Shown here piece by piece: positions 16,373 to 25,565 of a stretch of 64,000 nt of DNA. Position 1 is the first letter of the stretch; the number at the start of each line of letters is the position of its first letter. Position numbers and translations under genes: made by a program. Source of the DNA: Anaerolineales bacterium (GTDB taxonomy: Bacteria; Chloroflexota; Anaerolineae; Anaerolineales; UBA4823); contig JAOSJQ010000001.1 of assembly GCA_027494035.1 (NCBI GenBank), positions 3,040,796-3,104,795 on the forward strand. Direction: 5' to 3'. The notes under the pieces were generated by a model, which was not told the origin of the DNA, did no database searches, and saw only the letters and a program-made list of their open reading frames with translations.

Positions 16373-17245
16373 TTAACGCCTGGCGCCGCTGGCATCCAGG
16401 TAACGATCGACCGCAGCGCGGACGGAAATTTGACCATGCAGCGCCAGATCCTGATACTGCACCGCCCAGTTATACAGGTGCGAACGGGCTTCCAGCAGTT
16501 CTTTTAGAACCAGATCGACCAACGGACCGCCCTGATCGAGATATCCGGTGGTGTAAAAATCCTGGATTGCCTGCGGATAATCGTATTCGAGGCGGACGAT
16601 TTCGGCGCGCCACTGGCTCGCCTGCCAGGTGAGCCGGGCATAACAAAGCCGCCGGTCGTGGTCAAAGGGCAAGCCGACCGAACCGGCGTTCACCACCAGC
16701 GCCTGGTCGAGCTGGCGGACCAAGGCGCGATGGGTGTGACCGACCACAAAACCGGCGAGGCGCTCCGCGCCAGCGTTCGGTCTGCCGTTCAGTCCAATTT
16801 TTGCCCGGAGCTGCGCTTTGCTCGTTTCGGGGTAGATCCCGTCGCGCCGCCCCAAGAGCGAACCATGCGTGAAACAAACCTGACCGCCGCCTGGATCGGT
16901 CAGCCATTGCGCCGCGGGCATGTCCGTCAGGGGGCGGACTTTCTTATCGAGCTGGCAATAGGTCCAATAAGAGGCTTGATGAACCTGGCGCGCCGCGCTG
17001 GATCGAGGCGCGTCGGGACCGGCGTGCAGGATGACGTAATCTTCGTGATTGCCCCGCACCAGCAGCCAGCCTGAATGCGCGACTTTGTCCAGCACGAACT
17101 CCAGGCACTCTGCCGGTCTGGGTCCACGATTGACCAGGTCGCCGTTGACGATGACGTGATCCGGCTTCCATTCATCCAGGTCAGCCGCGGCAGCCAGCAA
17201 AGCCGGCAGGTTGGCATGGACATCGGCAAGCACAGCAACTTTCAT
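16373..17245 (-). CDS. calcineurin-like metallophosphoesterase
   Basis: 290 aa. VLADVHAN, NGDLVNRGP, RGNHEDY and VGHTH motifs. Confidence 0.85.
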   Translation of the reverse strand: MKVAVLADVHANLPALLAAAADLDEWKPDHVIVNGDLVNRGPRPAECLEFVLDKVAHSGWLLVRGNHEDYVILHAGPDAPRSSAARQVHQASYWTYCQLDKKVRPLTDMPAAQWLTDPGGGQVCFTHGSLLGRRDGIYPETSKAQLRAKIGLNGRPNAGAERLAGFVVGHTHRALVRQLDQALVVNAGSVGLPFDHDRRLCYARLTWQASQWRAEIVRLEYDYPQAIQDFYTTGYLDQGGPLVDLVLKELLEARSHLYNWAVQYQDLALHGQISVRAAVDRYLDASGARR

Positions 17246-17252
17246 TTCGGGT

Positions 17253-18524
17253 TTATTCTACCTGGACCTGGATACAATCCGTGGGGACTTTGGCGAGGCG
17301 GGCGGTTTGATAGCGCGCCAGCAGCGTAAATGCCAATACGCTCAACGCGCCGATCACTGCGCCGCCGATCCAAATCGCCGAGGGTCCGTACGTGTCGCTG
17401 AGGAAGCCGCCTAACACCGGCGCGATCCCCATTGCCATCCCCCAGGTGAGGGCGTAGAGGCTCATGTAACGCCCGCGCTTATCGACGGGCGCATGGTTGG
17501 CTACATAGGCGCTCGAGGTGGGTACGATGATCAACTCGCCAATGGTCATTATAATCATGCAGACGAGGAAGCCTAGAAAGCTGTGCATGAAGGCGACTGC
17601 GCCAACTGCGACGGTATAAAATATGGATCCGAAAGCCACGACCGGTAAATCGGGGAAACGCTTGGTGATGCGGGTTATCAGAAGCTGCAATGTTACGACC
17701 ATCACCGCGTTGGTGGTGGGGATGAAGCCGTACAACTGCATCGGAACGTTGTGAGTTTCGGTGGCGTAAACCGGCAGCAAGACCCAAATCAACGTGGCGC
17801 ACATCGTCACCAGCGTGAAGGAGAAAATAAATCCCATATAAGGTTTGTCTTTGAGGATTTCCAGGTATCCGCCGAACTTCTCTTTGGGCGGCTTTTCGAT
17901 CAGGGCTGCGTCTTGGGCGAGCCGCGTCGCGCGCGCGGGCAGCGTCTCCCGCGCAAACCGCGTCAACAGCAGGCTGAATGTGATCATTCCACCGGCGGCG
18001 AAATAGAAGGCGAGCGTGTACGACGAGGCGGCGATGAAACCGCCAATCGCCGGACCGATTGCGACGCCCAGGTTGTTGCTCAGGCGCAGCAATGCATAAG
18101 CGTCGATGCGGTCTTCTTTAGGTACGAGATCCGCCATCATTGCGTCGGCGCCGACACGATAGAGCGGGTTGGCGGCGCCGTTCAGCGCAAGCAGCACGGC
18201 AAACTCGGCGAAGGTGGTGGCGTAGCCGAGCGCCAGGTAGCCCAGCCCATTGGCGACCAGGCTGAACACCATGATCCACTTGCGCCCGAAACGATCGATG
18301 AGCGGACCGCCGATGAATGAGGCGATCAGCCCCATCAGGGCGTTCAGGCTCAGCAGGCTGGCGATCGAGGTCAGGGGAGCGTCCAGGCGTTTGCTGGCGT
18401 AAATCAGCAGGAAGGGCCAGATCATGCTGGTGCCGACCGTGCTGATCAGCATCCCGACGAACATCAGCCAGAATTGAGGGGGGTATTTACGGTATTTCGC
18501 AGCAAGAGTAGAGATCACGATCAC
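17253..18524 (-). CDS. MFS transporter
   Basis: 423 aa with about 12 hydrophobic segments. The GGPLIDRFGRKW loop matches the MFS motif A. GTG start. Confidence 0.85.
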   Translation of the reverse strand: MIVISTLAAKYRKYPPQFWLMFVGMLISTVGTSMIWPFLLIYASKRLDAPLTSIASLLSLNALMGLIASFIGGPLIDRFGRKWIMVFSLVANGLGYLALGYATTFAEFAVLLALNGAANPLYRVGADAMMADLVPKEDRIDAYALLRLSNNLGVAIGPAIGGFIAASSYTLAFYFAAGGMITFSLLLTRFARETLPARATRLAQDAALIEKPPKEKFGGYLEILKDKPYMGFIFSFTLVTMCATLIWVLLPVYATETHNVPMQLYGFIPTTNAVMVVTLQLLITRITKRFPDLPVVAFGSIFYTVAVGAVAFMHSFLGFLVCMIIMTIGELIIVPTSSAYVANHAPVDKRGRYMSLYALTWGMAMGIAPVLGGFLSDTYGPSAIWIGGAVIGALSVLAFTLLARYQTARLAKVPTDCIQVQVE

Positions 18525-18558
18525 AGTCCAACGGACAGTCCAGCGGACAGCTCAACGG
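18523..18558. repeat. three tandem 12-mers (acagtccaacgg / acagtccagcgg / acagctcaacgg)
   Basis: Read directly from the sequence. They sit immediately upstream of the MFS start codon on the minus strand. A 10-bp-stem hairpin follows: ctcaacggcg (18551-60) / cgccgttgag (18574-83). Confidence 0.8.
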
Positions 18559-18622
18559 CGCCGTCAGCGACGACGCCGTTGAGAAATTATACACGATGAT
18601 CTTTCTTTAGCCTGAGTCGACG

Positions 18623-20443
18623 CTAGAGCGGCGCCAAACCGTCGAGGCGGAACAGATCGTATTCCTGGGCGAGTTCTCTGCGGAACTGGCGCGTGTAAAG
18701 GTTGAAGTACGGACCGCGCTGGCGCAGCAGCTCGTTGTGGGCGCCCATTTCAGCAATGCGCCCGTTTTCGATATAGATAATGCGGTCTGCCCGGCGGATC
18801 GTGGACAGCCGGTGGGCGATGATAAAACTGGTGCGCCCCTGCATGAGGTTCTCCATCCCTTTTTGGATCAACGCTTCGGTCAGGGTATCGACGGAACTGG
18901 TGGCTTCGTCCATGATGAAGATTTGCGGTCGGGCAAGCACAGCCCGCGCCAGGCTGATGAGCTGCTTTTGCCCGGTCGAGAGCAGGTTGCCGCTTTCGCC
19001 CACGTCTTGGAGGTAGCCGTCGTCCAGGCGGGCGATGAACTCGTGCGCGCCAGCCAGGCGGGCGGCTTCTTCAACTTCCTGATCGGTAGCGTCCAGCCGA
19101 CCGTAGCGGATGTTTTCGCGCACCGACCCCGAGAACAAGTGGGGCGTTTGAAGCACGATCCCGATGCGCGATTGGATGGAATGCTGAGTTAAATGCGTAT
19201 AGTCAACACCATCGATTAGTATCCGACCCTTTTTGGGCTCATAGAAACGGCAGATCAGGTTCACGATGGTGGTCTTGCCCCCGCCGGTGGGACCGACCAA
19301 GGCGATCGTCTCGCCATGCCGCACCTGCAGGTTGAAGTCGGTCAACACCGGTTTTTCGGGTTCGTAGTAGAAATCGACGTGGTTGAAAACGATGTCGCCG
19401 CGCAAGTCGCCCGGGTCGAAGGAGTCGGGTCGGTCTTGCAATTCAGGCACCGCGTCGATCAGCGAGAACATCCGCTCGGCGGAGGCGATTGACTGCTGCA
19501 TTTCGGCATAAACGCGGGCGAGGTCCTGGATCGGCCACGTCATAAACAGAATGTATGAGACGAACGCCTGGATGCCGCCGATGGTCATGCCGCCTACCTC
19601 GACGCTCAGCCCGCCATACCAGGCGACCGCGCCCAGCGCAAACGCGCCGATGATCTGGACGGTGGGGAGGAACAGGGCGGACAACCAGGCGGCGCGGTAA
19701 CTGGCGCGGTACATCTCGGACGTCAGCGCGTGAAACTCTTGGATATTCTCGTTTTCGCGCCCAAGCGCTTTGACCACGCGGACGCCAGTGATGTTCTCGT
19801 TGTAGGCGCCGGTGATCTTCGAGTTCGTTTTTCTGGCGCGGCGGAATTCGACCAGGATCTTTTTCCGAAACTGGATCGCGACCCAGGAGATAAAGGGCAG
19901 AATCGCGAGGACGAACAGCCCCAGCCGCCAGTTGATCTTGAGCATGAAAAACGCGGAGGTGAAGATGTTTGCTGTAGCCCAGCACACGTCCACCAGCCCC
20001 CAGGTAACCAGATCCGACACGCGTTCGGTGTCCGAGGTGACCCGCGACATGATCCAACCCACGGGCGTGTGGCTGTAATACGAGAGCGACAGATCCTGTA
20101 AGTTGTTCACCAGCTTCTTGCGCAGGTCGTAACGCACACGTTCGCCCAGGACGCTGGCTAAAAAGACAAATCCCAAAACCGTCACACCCTGAACCAGGAC
20201 CAGCAAAGCGTATTTAATGACGATCTCGATCAGGACCTGTTTGTTGTTCGCCATGATGCCTAGATCGACGATCTGTTTGCCCAGGTAGGTTAAATACCCA
20301 TCCAATACCGAGGTGATGACGATCGCGGCGACGAACCCGACGACCCAAATCCAGTGCTGCCGGGTCTGCGCCAGAATGCGCAGCACGGTCTTGCCGTTAA
20401 ATTGGGTGGTAAATTCTTCTTCTTCATAAAACTGAGCGGTCAT
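18623..20443 (-). CDS. ABC exporter, fused permease/ATPase half-transporter (second of pair)
   Basis: 606 aa. Six-TM N-terminal domain, Walker A GPTGGGKTT, signature LSTGQKQ and Walker B IFIMDEATS. Confidence 0.9.
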   Translation of the reverse strand: MTAQFYEEEEFTTQFNGKTVLRILAQTRQHWIWVVGFVAAIVITSVLDGYLTYLGKQIVDLGIMANNKQVLIEIVIKYALLVLVQGVTVLGFVFLASVLGERVRYDLRKKLVNNLQDLSLSYYSHTPVGWIMSRVTSDTERVSDLVTWGLVDVCWATANIFTSAFFMLKINWRLGLFVLAILPFISWVAIQFRKKILVEFRRARKTNSKITGAYNENITGVRVVKALGRENENIQEFHALTSEMYRASYRAAWLSALFLPTVQIIGAFALGAVAWYGGLSVEVGGMTIGGIQAFVSYILFMTWPIQDLARVYAEMQQSIASAERMFSLIDAVPELQDRPDSFDPGDLRGDIVFNHVDFYYEPEKPVLTDFNLQVRHGETIALVGPTGGGKTTIVNLICRFYEPKKGRILIDGVDYTHLTQHSIQSRIGIVLQTPHLFSGSVRENIRYGRLDATDQEVEEAARLAGAHEFIARLDDGYLQDVGESGNLLSTGQKQLISLARAVLARPQIFIMDEATSSVDTLTEALIQKGMENLMQGRTSFIIAHRLSTIRRADRIIYIENGRIAEMGAHNELLRQRGPYFNLYTRQFRRELAQEYDLFRLDGLAPL

Positions 20444-20484
20444 TCGAATGCTCCTGTTTGCGCTTAGTCCAAGCTCGCCGGACG

Positions 20485-22329
20485 CTAATCCAGGCTTGCG
20501 GACAGCATCGGTTCTTCACTCACCGGATCTTCACTCATTGCGATTTCCTGTTTCAACTCGCCTTCGATCCGCATCTGGATATCAAAAATCTGGCGGTAAA
20601 TGCCTTCCTCTTCGAGAAGCTGGCTGTGGGTGCCTTGCTGCACGATCCGCCCTTTATCCATAACCAGGATCTGGTCGGCGTTCATCACGCTTTGGATGCG
20701 ATGGGCGATGATGAAGGTCGTACGCCCGAGCATCAGGTTTTCGAGCGCGGTGCGGATTTCGGACTCGGTTTCGAAATCGACCGATGAAGTCGAATCGTCC
20801 AGGATCAGGATGCGGGGCTGCCTCGTAATCGTCCGGGCAATGGTGATCCGCTGCATTTGACCGCCCGAAAGCGTAACGCCTCGTTCGCCAACCAGCGTAT
20901 CGTACCCCTCGGGAAATGCGAGGATGCCTTCGTGGATTGCGGCGGCTCTGGCAGCGGCTTCGATCTCGTTTTGATCGACTTTTTCGCCGACGCCGTAGAG
21001 CAGATTTTCGCGGATCGTCCGCGAAAATAGAAAAGGCTCTTGCTCGACCACGCCGACCTGGCTGCGCAGGAACTTGCGCGAATAGCGGGTCAATTCAACG
21101 CCATCGAGCTTGATGGAGCCGCGCGTATATTCATAGAAGCGCGGCAGCAGGTTGACCAGGGTGGTTTTGCCGGAGCCGGTCGAGCCCAGCAGCGCGATGG
21201 TCTGCCCCGGTTTGGCGGCGAAACTGATGTCGATCAGCGCCGAGGTCTCGTCATCGTCGTATTCAAAACAAACGCCGTCGAATACCAGCTCGCCGCGGAG
21301 CGGTTGCTGGGGCTGGTAATCGCCTTGATCCAGGGGTTCGCGCTGTTCTTGGATGATGGTCAGAACCCGCGAGAACGAAACCAATCCGGTCGAGGTCTGT
21401 ACAATCAGCCGACCCAGGTTGCGCAGCGGCCAGATCAACCAGGCGACCAAGCCGGCGTATGCCACATAAGTGCCAACCGTGATCGTCCCGTTGATCGCCA
21501 TGACCGCGGCGATAGCCAGCCCGATCAGCATTTGAACCCCGCAGATGATGTCGGAGGCGGGCCAAAACAGCGCATGCATAGACGCCAGGCGCCGTCCCAG
21601 CAGGAATTTCTGCCAGTTTTCACGGTCGAACTTGGTTCGCTCATAATCCTGACGGGCAAAGGCTTTCACCACCCGAACGCCGCTGAGGTTTTCTTGCAGG
21701 GTGGTGGTCAAAACGGATTCTTGTTCCTGGTAGGCTTCGTATGCCTTAGTAACCTTGCGGAAGAAGAATATCGAAGTGGAGAGAATAAAAGGCACCGCGA
21801 TGATCGAAATCAGCGCCAGGAAGGCGTTCAAATATAGAACCGCCACAAAATTGACGGTGAACAAGAAAATGATCCGCCCGACGCCGATTGCCTGCTCAGA
21901 GAAGAAGCGCCGCAGCGCATCGACATCGGAGGTGGCGCGTTCGATCAGATCGCCGGTTTTTGCCTGGCTGTGATAGGCAAGGGTGAGGCGTTGGATGTGG
22001 TCGTACAGGAAGTCCCTTACTTTTTGGGTGATACCTTCCGCGGTGAAAGCCGCCAGCCTTCCGCTGGTGTACGTGCAGGCGCCTTCAAGAGTAGCCAGGG
22101 CGATAAATCCCAAGGCGACCCAGGGCAGCACCTGGCGTGCGGTATCGCTGCCGATGACGTGGTCGGCAAAGTAACGCAGCAGCAGAAATGTGGAAGTCTT
22201 GAAGATGGCTGATAAACCTAAACTGAGGTTGGCTACCACGTAGGTCAAGTGGAACCCATCCATCAACTTCCAGATGCCGAGCAGCTTGTTTTTTACAATG
22301 ATCTTGCTGAGATCGTCAGGGTAGTACAT
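20485..22329 (-). CDS. ABC exporter, fused permease/ATPase half-transporter (first of pair)
   Basis: 614 aa. Walker A GSTGSGKTT, signature LSGGQMQ and Walker B ILILDDSTS. Adjacent to and co-oriented with 18623..20443, which suggests a heterodimer. Confidence 0.9.
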   Translation of the reverse strand: MYYPDDLSKIIVKNKLLGIWKLMDGFHLTYVVANLSLGLSAIFKTSTFLLLRYFADHVIGSDTARQVLPWVALGFIALATLEGACTYTSGRLAAFTAEGITQKVRDFLYDHIQRLTLAYHSQAKTGDLIERATSDVDALRRFFSEQAIGVGRIIFLFTVNFVAVLYLNAFLALISIIAVPFILSTSIFFFRKVTKAYEAYQEQESVLTTTLQENLSGVRVVKAFARQDYERTKFDRENWQKFLLGRRLASMHALFWPASDIICGVQMLIGLAIAAVMAINGTITVGTYVAYAGLVAWLIWPLRNLGRLIVQTSTGLVSFSRVLTIIQEQREPLDQGDYQPQQPLRGELVFDGVCFEYDDDETSALIDISFAAKPGQTIALLGSTGSGKTTLVNLLPRFYEYTRGSIKLDGVELTRYSRKFLRSQVGVVEQEPFLFSRTIRENLLYGVGEKVDQNEIEAAARAAAIHEGILAFPEGYDTLVGERGVTLSGGQMQRITIARTITRQPRILILDDSTSSVDFETESEIRTALENLMLGRTTFIIAHRIQSVMNADQILVMDKGRIVQQGTHSQLLEEEGIYRQIFDIQMRIEGELKQEIAMSEDPVSEEPMLSASLD

Positions 22330-22358
22330 AATGTAGATTTCCTTGAAAGATTTTCGAA

Positions 22359-22392
22359 CAAAAAACCACGGGTTATTTTAGCACCCGTGGTT
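22359..22392 (-). terminator. strong intrinsic terminator 30 nt upstream of the ABC exporter start codon (candidate attenuator)
   Basis: The minus strand reads AACCACGGGU-gcuaaaaua-ACCCGUGGUU-UUUUGUU. This is a 10-bp perfect stem (22383-92 / 22364-73) followed by a U tract. Confidence 0.8.
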
Positions 22393-22417
22393 GGAGTAAC
22401 ACAAAGAAAAACTATTC

Positions 22418-22495
22418 TCAGCCGGCAGGCGCGCTACGACAAGGCAAATTGTAATCACCTTTGCGAACTTGATTGATTTCGACGATCATGCTCAA
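22418..22495 (-). CDS. candidate leader peptide (23 aa from ATG 22489, or 25 aa from TTG 22495)
   Basis: Hand translation gives (L S) M I V E I N Q V R K G D Y N L P C R S A P A G stop(TGA 22420-22418). AGGAGG (22508-22503) lies 7 nt before the TTG and 13 nt before the ATG. The ORF is below the track's 60-aa cutoff. Confidence 0.4.
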   Translation of the reverse strand: MSMIVEINQVRKGDYNLPCRSAPAG

Positions 22496-22530
22496 GCGCC
22501 TGCCTCCTTTTCTGCAATAGTTCGATTTGC

Positions 22531-22560
22531 AGTTTACCACGCATTAATTCTGCGTGTCAA
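22531..22560 (-). promoter_or_regulatory. sigma70-type promoter candidate with an embedded palindrome
   Basis: On the minus strand: TTGACA (22560-55), an 18-nt spacer, then TAAACT (22536-31). The spacer contains the palindrome CACGCA-N7-TGCGTG (22538-22556). Confidence 0.45.
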
Positions 22561-22600
22561 GGAAATTCGCCAATCGTTTCCGGAGATTTTGCAATTTGGT

Positions 22601-24337
22601 TTATGGCAATTCCGGCGCGGTGATTTCATCCTTTAGGCGGGCGAGCTTCAATTTGAAATCTTGCAGTTTGTCCTGGTATTCCGTCAGGTTTTGCTGCTCG
22701 GCGCGGACGAAACGGGTGTACGGCGACGTGGCATTATCGATCCTCTGGACGCTGCGATCGATCTCTTTTTGAAACTGACCCTCCAGAGTTTCAATTAGAC
22801 GATCGCGCAGCTCGCGCAATTTGGCGCTCAGTTCATTTTTTGCCAGCTTTCGCCGCGCGGGGATGATTACCAAGCCCAAAGCCGCGATGAATGTCGCCAG
22901 CAGGATGCCGGTCACATCTGCGGCGGCGGTGCTTGCCAGCACAGCCACCAGCGCGCCCAGCCCGATCGCGCCTACCTCCAACACCGCTGAAGCGGCAACA
23001 GCTTCCTGAGCGCCTTCCGCGATTTGGCGCGCTTCGTCGACTTTATCGTAGGTATCGATCACCTGCTGGGCTTGCCGTCCCACCGCATCCATGAATCGCT
23101 CACGGTCATATTCAAAGCTGCCCGGACCCAAATCGCCGACAATCCGACCTTGATGCGCGCGCCGGCGCTCCGCCAGGTGCTCGTTGACGGCTTGCCACTG
23201 GCGCAGGTCCGATTCGACCAGCCAATCGACCAGGTCGTTGACCTTGTTGTCGATTTGAGTGGGCATATCCGCGATGACTTTATTTTCGAATTCCGTCTGG
23301 ATGCGCTCTTTGCTTAACAGATCGAACACCCGCTTCAACCTGAAGGTGTCCTCGAAGTAATCTAAGCCGCGTTTCTCCATTTCGTAGAGCAGGTTTTCGA
23401 TATCCGCCATACGGTATTTGAAATCGCGCTGCATGTCTTCTTTGTACAGCGCCATTTGCTTTTCGACATCCGCCAGCATCTCGACGTCGTCCTGCAGCGT
23501 CTCCAGCCGGTTGGTTACGATGGTCAAATATCGATCCGCAATGTGCAAACCAACCCCGAGCGGGTTCAATAGCTTAATTTGGACCCGGCTGGTCTCGTCC
23601 AGCGTGTTGCGAATATAGTCCTCGAGCGGTTCGAACCGGCTTTCGGTCCACAACTCGGGTTTTCCGGATTTCGAGGCAAGCGCCTGACGCGCGCTGATTG
23701 GAAAGATTTCGGGTGAAACGCCAAGCAGGAGGCGGCTGTTCTCGTTCACGAATTCCAGCACCTGCAGGATTTCCTGTTCGGATTGCAGGATGTCAATCTT
23801 GTTTACAACTACCAGGATCTTCTTGCCCCAATTGCGGATCCTTTCCATGAACAGCCTTTCGCTCTCGGTGAAAGGGCGATCTGCGGAAGTCACAAACAGG
23901 ACTAAGTCCGAACGGGGGATGAAATCGGTGGTGATCGTCTCGTGCGTGCGGATGATCGCGTTGGTGCCCGGGGTGTCGACAATGCTGATCTCTTTCAACA
24001 ATTCAACTGGCAGGGTCAGCAGAAGCTGATTTTCGTTTTCCAGTTTTCGGCTTTGCGAATCCCCGTAGCGCAGGATATTGATCTGGGCGGTGGTGGGCGT
24101 GACCCCTTCAGTCAGGAACGCGCCGCCCAGCAGCGCATTGATGAACGCGCTCTTGCCGCCGTTGTACTCGCCGACGATCACCAGCAGGAATAAATCATCC
24201 AGTTGGGCGATCGAATCCAGCAGCGCCTGGCGGTCTTCGGGCGCAGCCGGGAACTCGACTAACGCCACGAGCAGTTCGTTCAGCAGGCGGCGCTCGCCGG
24301 CTAATAACACTTCTTGATCCGATGACAGGATTTTCAT
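22601..24337 (-). CDS. bacterial dynamin-like GTPase
   Basis: 578 aa. G1 GEYNGGKSAFINALLG, G3 VDTPGT and G4 VVNKID. Long helical stalk and a hydrophobic paddle near the C-terminus (AIGLGALVAVLASTAAADVTGILLATFIAALGLVII). Confidence 0.85.
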   Translation of the reverse strand: MKILSSDQEVLLAGERRLLNELLVALVEFPAAPEDRQALLDSIAQLDDLFLLVIVGEYNGGKSAFINALLGGAFLTEGVTPTTAQINILRYGDSQSRKLENENQLLLTLPVELLKEISIVDTPGTNAIIRTHETITTDFIPRSDLVLFVTSADRPFTESERLFMERIRNWGKKILVVVNKIDILQSEQEILQVLEFVNENSRLLLGVSPEIFPISARQALASKSGKPELWTESRFEPLEDYIRNTLDETSRVQIKLLNPLGVGLHIADRYLTIVTNRLETLQDDVEMLADVEKQMALYKEDMQRDFKYRMADIENLLYEMEKRGLDYFEDTFRLKRVFDLLSKERIQTEFENKVIADMPTQIDNKVNDLVDWLVESDLRQWQAVNEHLAERRRAHQGRIVGDLGPGSFEYDRERFMDAVGRQAQQVIDTYDKVDEARQIAEGAQEAVAASAVLEVGAIGLGALVAVLASTAAADVTGILLATFIAALGLVIIPARRKLAKNELSAKLRELRDRLIETLEGQFQKEIDRSVQRIDNATSPYTRFVRAEQQNLTEYQDKLQDFKLKLARLKDEITAPELP

Positions 24338-24338
24338 T

Positions 24339-25556
24339 ATGATGTGGCTCCCTGGGTGGAATTATAGCAAAAAAGGTATCAAACAATCAGGTTTCCGTTT
24401 ATACTCGATGTCGATGGTTGCGCAATCGAGGGCAGGTTATTGGTGGCTGCCAGTCATCCTTGCCCTGGAAGGGATGATAACGGAGATGAGACACCTGATT
24501 TGGAACACAAAGTGGGGCAACTGGCTGTTGGCGCTGTTGGTTATCGGCGGGCTAATTGCGTGTAGCCAATCTAGTATAATACAAACCACACTTAATACAC
24601 CCGTCAAAAACATAACCTCAGCCGTCACAACCCAAGCAGGGCAGACTTTCTCGCTCCAGTCGTTAACCAAAAGCGAAGAAGCGACCGATCTCATCTGGCT
24701 GGAGGGCGAGTTTGCAGTAACAGGCTTGGACTGGGTGCGGCTGATCGGGGTCCCAGCCGAAAATCAGCCGCAGAGGCTCAGTCAACTCCAGGATATCGAG
24801 ACCGGTCCGTACCCGATCCGCCTGACTACGAACCGGTTCAAGACCTCCATCGGCTGGGTGTCAAACGAGAATGAAATTATGACGCTGAAGATCAATGCTT
24901 CCGCTGCGCCGATGCAAATCGCGGAGCCGGATTTCCCCGTCACGGGTCTGGCGCTCAACCCGGCTGGCGACGAGCTTGTGTATGCAGCGTTGGATGGAAG
25001 CATCGTCAGGGTGGGGCTCGCTCCTGCAGCGCAAGCCGCAGCAGAATGGCAGGCGCCGCACTGGCTGGCAAACCTGTCCTATTCACCCGACGGGAAACAA
25101 ATTGGGGGCGCGGATCTGGCAGAGTTCAAGGTGTATATCTATGAACTGGATGGCAGCTTGACTTCCACACTCGAATGGCAGGGCGCGGTGAGCCCCGCGC
25201 TTTATGGGGTGCATTTCAGCCCCGACTGGAAAACGCTCGCCTGGGTGAACGGGAGCGTGGTGCAGCTTATGAACTTGAACACGGGCAAAGAGACATATCT
25301 GCTGAGCCACGAAGATGCCGTGAGCTATGCAATCTGGTCGCCGCATGGGAGCTGGTTTGCCACCGCTTCTGCGGCAAACATCGGCGGCAACCTTACGCCG
25401 GTGGTTGACATCTGGAGGCAATCCAACGGTGAACTGGCAGCCAGTTTCCCGCAAGATTCGCCAATTCAGAGCCTATCTTTTTCACCAGATGGAAGTAAAA
25501 TATCGGTTTTAGATGCAAATTCAACCGTTCGAATTTTCGCGCTGCCGGATCAGTAA
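24339..25556 (+). CDS. WD40/TolB-like beta-propeller lipoprotein
   Basis: Repeats YSPDGKQ, FSPDWKT, WSPHGSW and FSPDGSK. Lipobox LLVIGGLIACSQ. The likely true start is ATG 24486 (MRHLIWN). Confidence 0.7.
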   Translation: MMWLPGWNYSKKGIKQSGFRLYSMSMVAQSRAGYWWLPVILALEGMITEMRHLIWNTKWGNWLLALLVIGGLIACSQSSIIQTTLNTPVKNITSAVTTQAGQTFSLQSLTKSEEATDLIWLEGEFAVTGLDWVRLIGVPAENQPQRLSQLQDIETGPYPIRLTTNRFKTSIGWVSNENEIMTLKINASAAPMQIAEPDFPVTGLALNPAGDELVYAALDGSIVRVGLAPAAQAAAEWQAPHWLANLSYSPDGKQIGGADLAEFKVYIYELDGSLTSTLEWQGAVSPALYGVHFSPDWKTLAWVNGSVVQLMNLNTGKETYLLSHEDAVSYAIWSPHGSWFATASAANIGGNLTPVVDIWRQSNGELAASFPQDSPIQSLSFSPDGSKISVLDANSTVRIFALPDQ

Positions 25557-25565
25557 GATACACTT

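Noticed and set aside
18523-18558. Tandem 12-mers as a possible mini CRISPR or other array.
   Set aside because: There are only three contiguous units, no spacers and no cas genes. The units are far too short for CRISPR repeats.
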